A stretch of DNA of 64,000 nucleotides, taken from NCBI RefSeq assembly GCF_963921235.1, contig NC_086097.1:30816001-30880000 (forward strand), in the 5' to 3' direction. This DNA comes from Mobula hypostoma. Lineage: Eukaryota. Below the pieces are notes generated by a model. The model was not told the origin of the DNA and did no database searches. It was given only the letters and a program-made list of their open reading frames with translations. Positions 60,230-64,000 of the stretch are shown in pieces; position 1 is the first letter of the stretch, and each line of letters begins with the position of its first letter. The position numbers and the translations under genes were made by a program.

Positions 60230-60815
60230 CAAAGCTGTGCTGAACATATCCTTACCTTAGAAATTACCTAGGGTTATCCATAGCCCTCTATTTTTCTGAG
60301 TTCCATGTACCTATCCAAGAGTCTCTTAAAAGACCCTATCATATCCGCCTCCACCACCGTTGCCGGCAGCCCATTTCATGCACTCACTACTCTCTGCGTA
60401 AAAAACTTACCCCTGACATCCCCTCTGTACCTATTTCCAAGCACCTTAAAACTGTGTCCTCTTGTGGCACCCATTTCAGCCCTGGGAAAAAGCCTCTGAC
60501 TATCCACACGATCAAAGCCTCCCATCATCTTATACATCTCTAACAGGTCACCTCTCATCCTCCATCGCTCCAAGGAAAAAAAAGGTTGAGTTCACTCAAC
60601 CTATTCTCATAAGGCATGCTCCCCAATCCAGGAAACATCCTTGTAAATCTCCTCTGCACCCTTTCTATGGTTTCCACATCCTTCCTGTAGTGAGGTAACC
60701 AGAACTGAGTACACTACTCCAAGTGGGGTCTGACCAGGGTCCTATATAGCAGCAACATTACCTCTCGGCTCCTAAATTCAATTCCACAATTGATGAAGGC
60801 CAATGCACCTTATCT
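60230..60815 (-). mobile_element. CR1 3' fragment between Rex1 tails (~60000-60225 and ~60820-61215, both +)
   Basis: ERWRMRGDLLEMYKMMGGFDRVDSQRLFPRAEMGATRGHSFKVLG. Confidence 0.88.
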
Positions 60816-61214
60816 TTTACCCACCCACCTAACTTATGGACTGTTTGTCCCTGCGTCCATCAGGGGAGAGGCTACATAGCATCCACACCAAGAACCATTA
60901 GTCTCAAAAACAGTTACTTCCCCAAGACATCAGGCTGATCAACACCTCCACCCATTAATCACCCTATCACTCCACACACCACTACATACACATAACCTTG
61001 CATCAATTTACCTACACACAATTAGTCTATGTACAGTGTATAACATTTGTACATTGTGTTTTATAGGATTGCTTTTATATTTATAGTTATTTTGCTTTTT
61101 TGTATTGTGTTCTTTGTGCTTATTGTGTCTTTTTATGCTGCATTGGATATAGTATAGTAACAATCAGATATAGTAACAATCACTTCATTCTCCTTTACAC
61201 TTGTGCACTGATAA

Positions 61215-62520
61215 CAATAAGATATAGGAGAAGAATTAGGATCCAGAATTCGAATACATGGCCCATTGAGTCTGCTCCCCCATTTCATCATGGCTGATCC
61301 ATTTCCCACTCAGTCCCAATCTCCTGTCCTCTCTCCATAACCCTTCATGCCCTGACTATAAACCAATGAACCTTTGTCTTAAATATACCCAATGACTTGG
61401 CCTCCACAGCTGCCTGTGGCAATGACTTCCACAGACTCACCACTCAATGACTGAAGAAATTCCTCTTATCTCTGTTCTAAATGGACGTCCCTCTCTTCTG
61501 AGGCTACTGTTTGGAGGTCTGAACGTAACTCCCATCAGGGTCTTTTTACCCTTGCAATTTCTTAGATCTACCCACGACGATTCTATACCTTCCGATCCTA
61601 TGTCAACTCTTTTGATGATTTGATTTCATTTTTACCAACACTACCCCACCCACTCTGCCTACCTGTCTTTTCAATACAATGTGTATCCTTGGATGTTAAG
61701 CTCCCAGCTATAATCTTCTTTCAGCCACAACTCAGAGATGCCCAGAACATCATACATGCCAATCTGTAAGTGTGCTACAAGTTCATCTACCTTATTCAGT
61801 ATACTGTCTATATTCAAATATAACACCTCCAGTCCTGCATTCACCACCCTTTTCGATTTTGTCCCCCTTTTACACTGCAATTCATCCCATTGACTCCAAT
61901 TTTGCCCTATCATCAGCCTCTCCTTGCTAGCTGTCTCACTACATACTGCCTCTCTGTGTAAACCAACTACCCTTTCCTCAGCCCTATCACTCCAGTTCCC
62001 ATCCTCCTGTCAAATTAGTTTAAACCCTCCCCAACAGCTCTAGTAAACCTGCCCACAAGGATATTGGTCCTTATTAGGTTCAGGTATAACCTGTTTCTTT
62101 TATATAAATCATACCTTTCCCAAAAGAGGTCCCAATAATCCAGAAAACTGAACCCCTGCCCCTGTATCAGTTTCTCAGCCACGCATTCATTTGCAAAATC
62201 ATCCTATTCTTACCCTCACTGGCACATGGCAGCAATCCAGAGACTACTATCCTGGGGGTCCTGATTTTCAGCTTTCTATCTCGCTCCCTAAAATCTCTCT
62301 TCAGGGCCTCCTTACCTTTCCTACCTTTGTCATTGGTGGCAATATGTACCAAGACTCCTGGCTACTCACCCTCCCCCTTTAGAATGCTTATGGACCCAAT
62401 CCGAGGCATTCCTGACCCCGGCACCTGGGAGGCAACATATCCTCCAAGTGTCTCTATTGCAGCCACAGAATTTCATCTCTATTCCTCTAACTATGGAATG
62501 TCCGATTTTGCAATCTTGAG
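61215..62520 (-). mobile_element. CR1 with ORF1 esterase and endonuclease start joined to a 3' end (RT missing)
   Basis: VHIATND...IVVSGLLP...QMNAWL (SGNH-type ORF1) and LYLNIDSILNKVDEL...ISELWL...LNIQGY (APE). The junction to the 3' end is at ~61505. Confidence 0.85.
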
Positions 62521-63604
62521 TTTATAATGAGGTGCTGGATGTGGGTTTGATTGCAAACTTTAAGAAAAGTTTGGATAAGTACATAAACGGGAGGTGTATG
62601 GAGGGCTATAGTCCAGGTACAGGTTGATGGTTCCACATTGACTAGATGGGCCGAAGGGCCTGTTTCTGTGCTGCAGTGATTCTGTTAATGCAAGCAAAAG
62701 GAGATCCAGGACCTCAATAAGTGGCTACACAATGGTGGCAAGAAAGGAGTTTCTGATTATGGAGCAATGGCACCAGCTCAGGGGATAGATTGAGTAAGAT
62801 GGCGTATGCCTGGAAAGGAAGCAAACTAATAAATTGGAAAAAGCATAAAAGCATAAATATTTGTGCAAGTAAGGAGGAGGAGCAGCTGGTAAAATCAAAG
62901 CACTCAGTGGCAAGATAGAAAGGTAGCGATGGATGAGGTCATCCCACATTTTTTCAGAAAATAAAGCAAAATAAGAGGAAATGAGAGGAGGGCAGTTAAC
63001 TTAGCCTTTCATTATAGGAAAGAGCGAGATAAAGGAACGATGTACAATCTGTGATAAAAATAAATCACGACTCAAGAAGTTATGTTAAATACGAACAAAA
63101 AACCTCGAGGTATTACAATGCTTGAAATGTGGGAAAATAAACCATGGAAACTTAAAACAATATCACAGGAAAATATAGATTTAATCACACAGAAACTTGG
63201 CTGCAAACTGTGCGGTGGTAATAAAGTGAACTCATCAGGTTGCAATACTCTTTTAAGAGCCAGAACAGTAAAACAAGACGAATGGTGACACGAGAGACAG
63301 AACCCCTGCTGAAGAGAGGGCAGGTGCACATGACAGGAATTCAGACAATCAGTGTGATTAGAGATCACAGATAAAATGCAGAGATTGCTCCATTAGTGGG
63401 CTTAATGACAGATTCCCTCCTCCAACAAACCACAGGATGGAACCTGTGGACAGATAAGTGAGGCGAGTGCAGATTACAAAATTAGCATTCCTCGAGCTTT
63501 TAATAACCCGTTCCTTGACTGAGAGACAAGTAAAAAGGGCGGGAAATTCTATGGTAGTCTCTTCTGTGCAGAAATTTGGAGAAGGGTGTTTGAAAGGTTC
63601 AAAA

Positions 63605-63745
63605 CGCAGAAGGGTCCTGATGAAAGGTCTCAGGCCAAAATGCCGACCCTTTATTCTTCTCCATAGATGCTGCGGGACCTGCTGAGTTCCTCCAGCATTT
63701 TGAGTGTGTTGCTCTGGATTTCCAGCAGCTGTACAATCTCCTGTG
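63605..63745 (+). mobile_element. Penelope-like end with mutated hammerhead (63611-63650)
   Basis: agggtc-CTGATGA-aaggtctcaggcc-AAAA-tgcc-gaccct, then ctgctgagttcctccagcattttg. Confidence 0.8.
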
Positions 63746-63804
63746 TTGAAAATTCAGCAGGCTTGAGTTGAAGATGAATGAGGACAATGAGAACAGTGAC
63801 AATT

Positions 63805-64000
63805 AAAGATTAGCTTTATTTATCACACATACATCTAAACATAGAGTGAGATGTGTCGTTTTCATCAATGACTAACAAAGTATGAGGATGTGCTGGGGCA
63901 GCCCGCAAATGTCTCCATGCTTCCGGTGCCAACATAGCATGCCTATGACTTACTAAACCTAACCAGTGCAGGAATTGAAACCTAATTGGTGATCACTGGC
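63805..64000 (-). mobile_element. V-SINE 3' part
   Basis: agattagctttattt...tgctggggcagcccgcaa...ttccggtgccaacatagcat. Confidence 0.8.

Overview
This is repeat-saturated eukaryotic DNA with no host protein-coding gene that I can recognise. The repeat content (CR1, Rex1/Babar, V-SINEs, Penelope-like elements, Tc1, Gypsy) fits a cartilaginous fish, probably a ray; this is an inference from recalled family sequences, not a database search. Positions 1-9815 are a strongly strand-biased GA-rich tandem array, and the 2333-aa ORF there is an artefact. Positions 9816-14542 recur almost identically at 14743-19468 across a 200-N gap, most likely an uncollapsed contig overlap. The remainder is a nested mosaic of decayed LINEs, SINEs, two Gypsy LTR retrotransposons, two Tc1 transposons and G-rich minisatellites, with short unique islands between them. 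The best lead is a set of Penelope-like element ends carrying minimal type I hammerhead ribozymes. One of these has an intact core directly behind a GIY-YIG ORF, stem I covaries between copies, and some occur as short or inverted insertions flanked by 13-15 bp duplications. A second lead is a group of non-coding 0.7-1 kb retroelements with a YY1-type 5' end and a LINE-type tail, all inserted in CR1. Several unique islands carry ETS/RUNX/NF-kB/GATA motif clusters. Boundaries were read by eye and are approximate unless exact positions are given.
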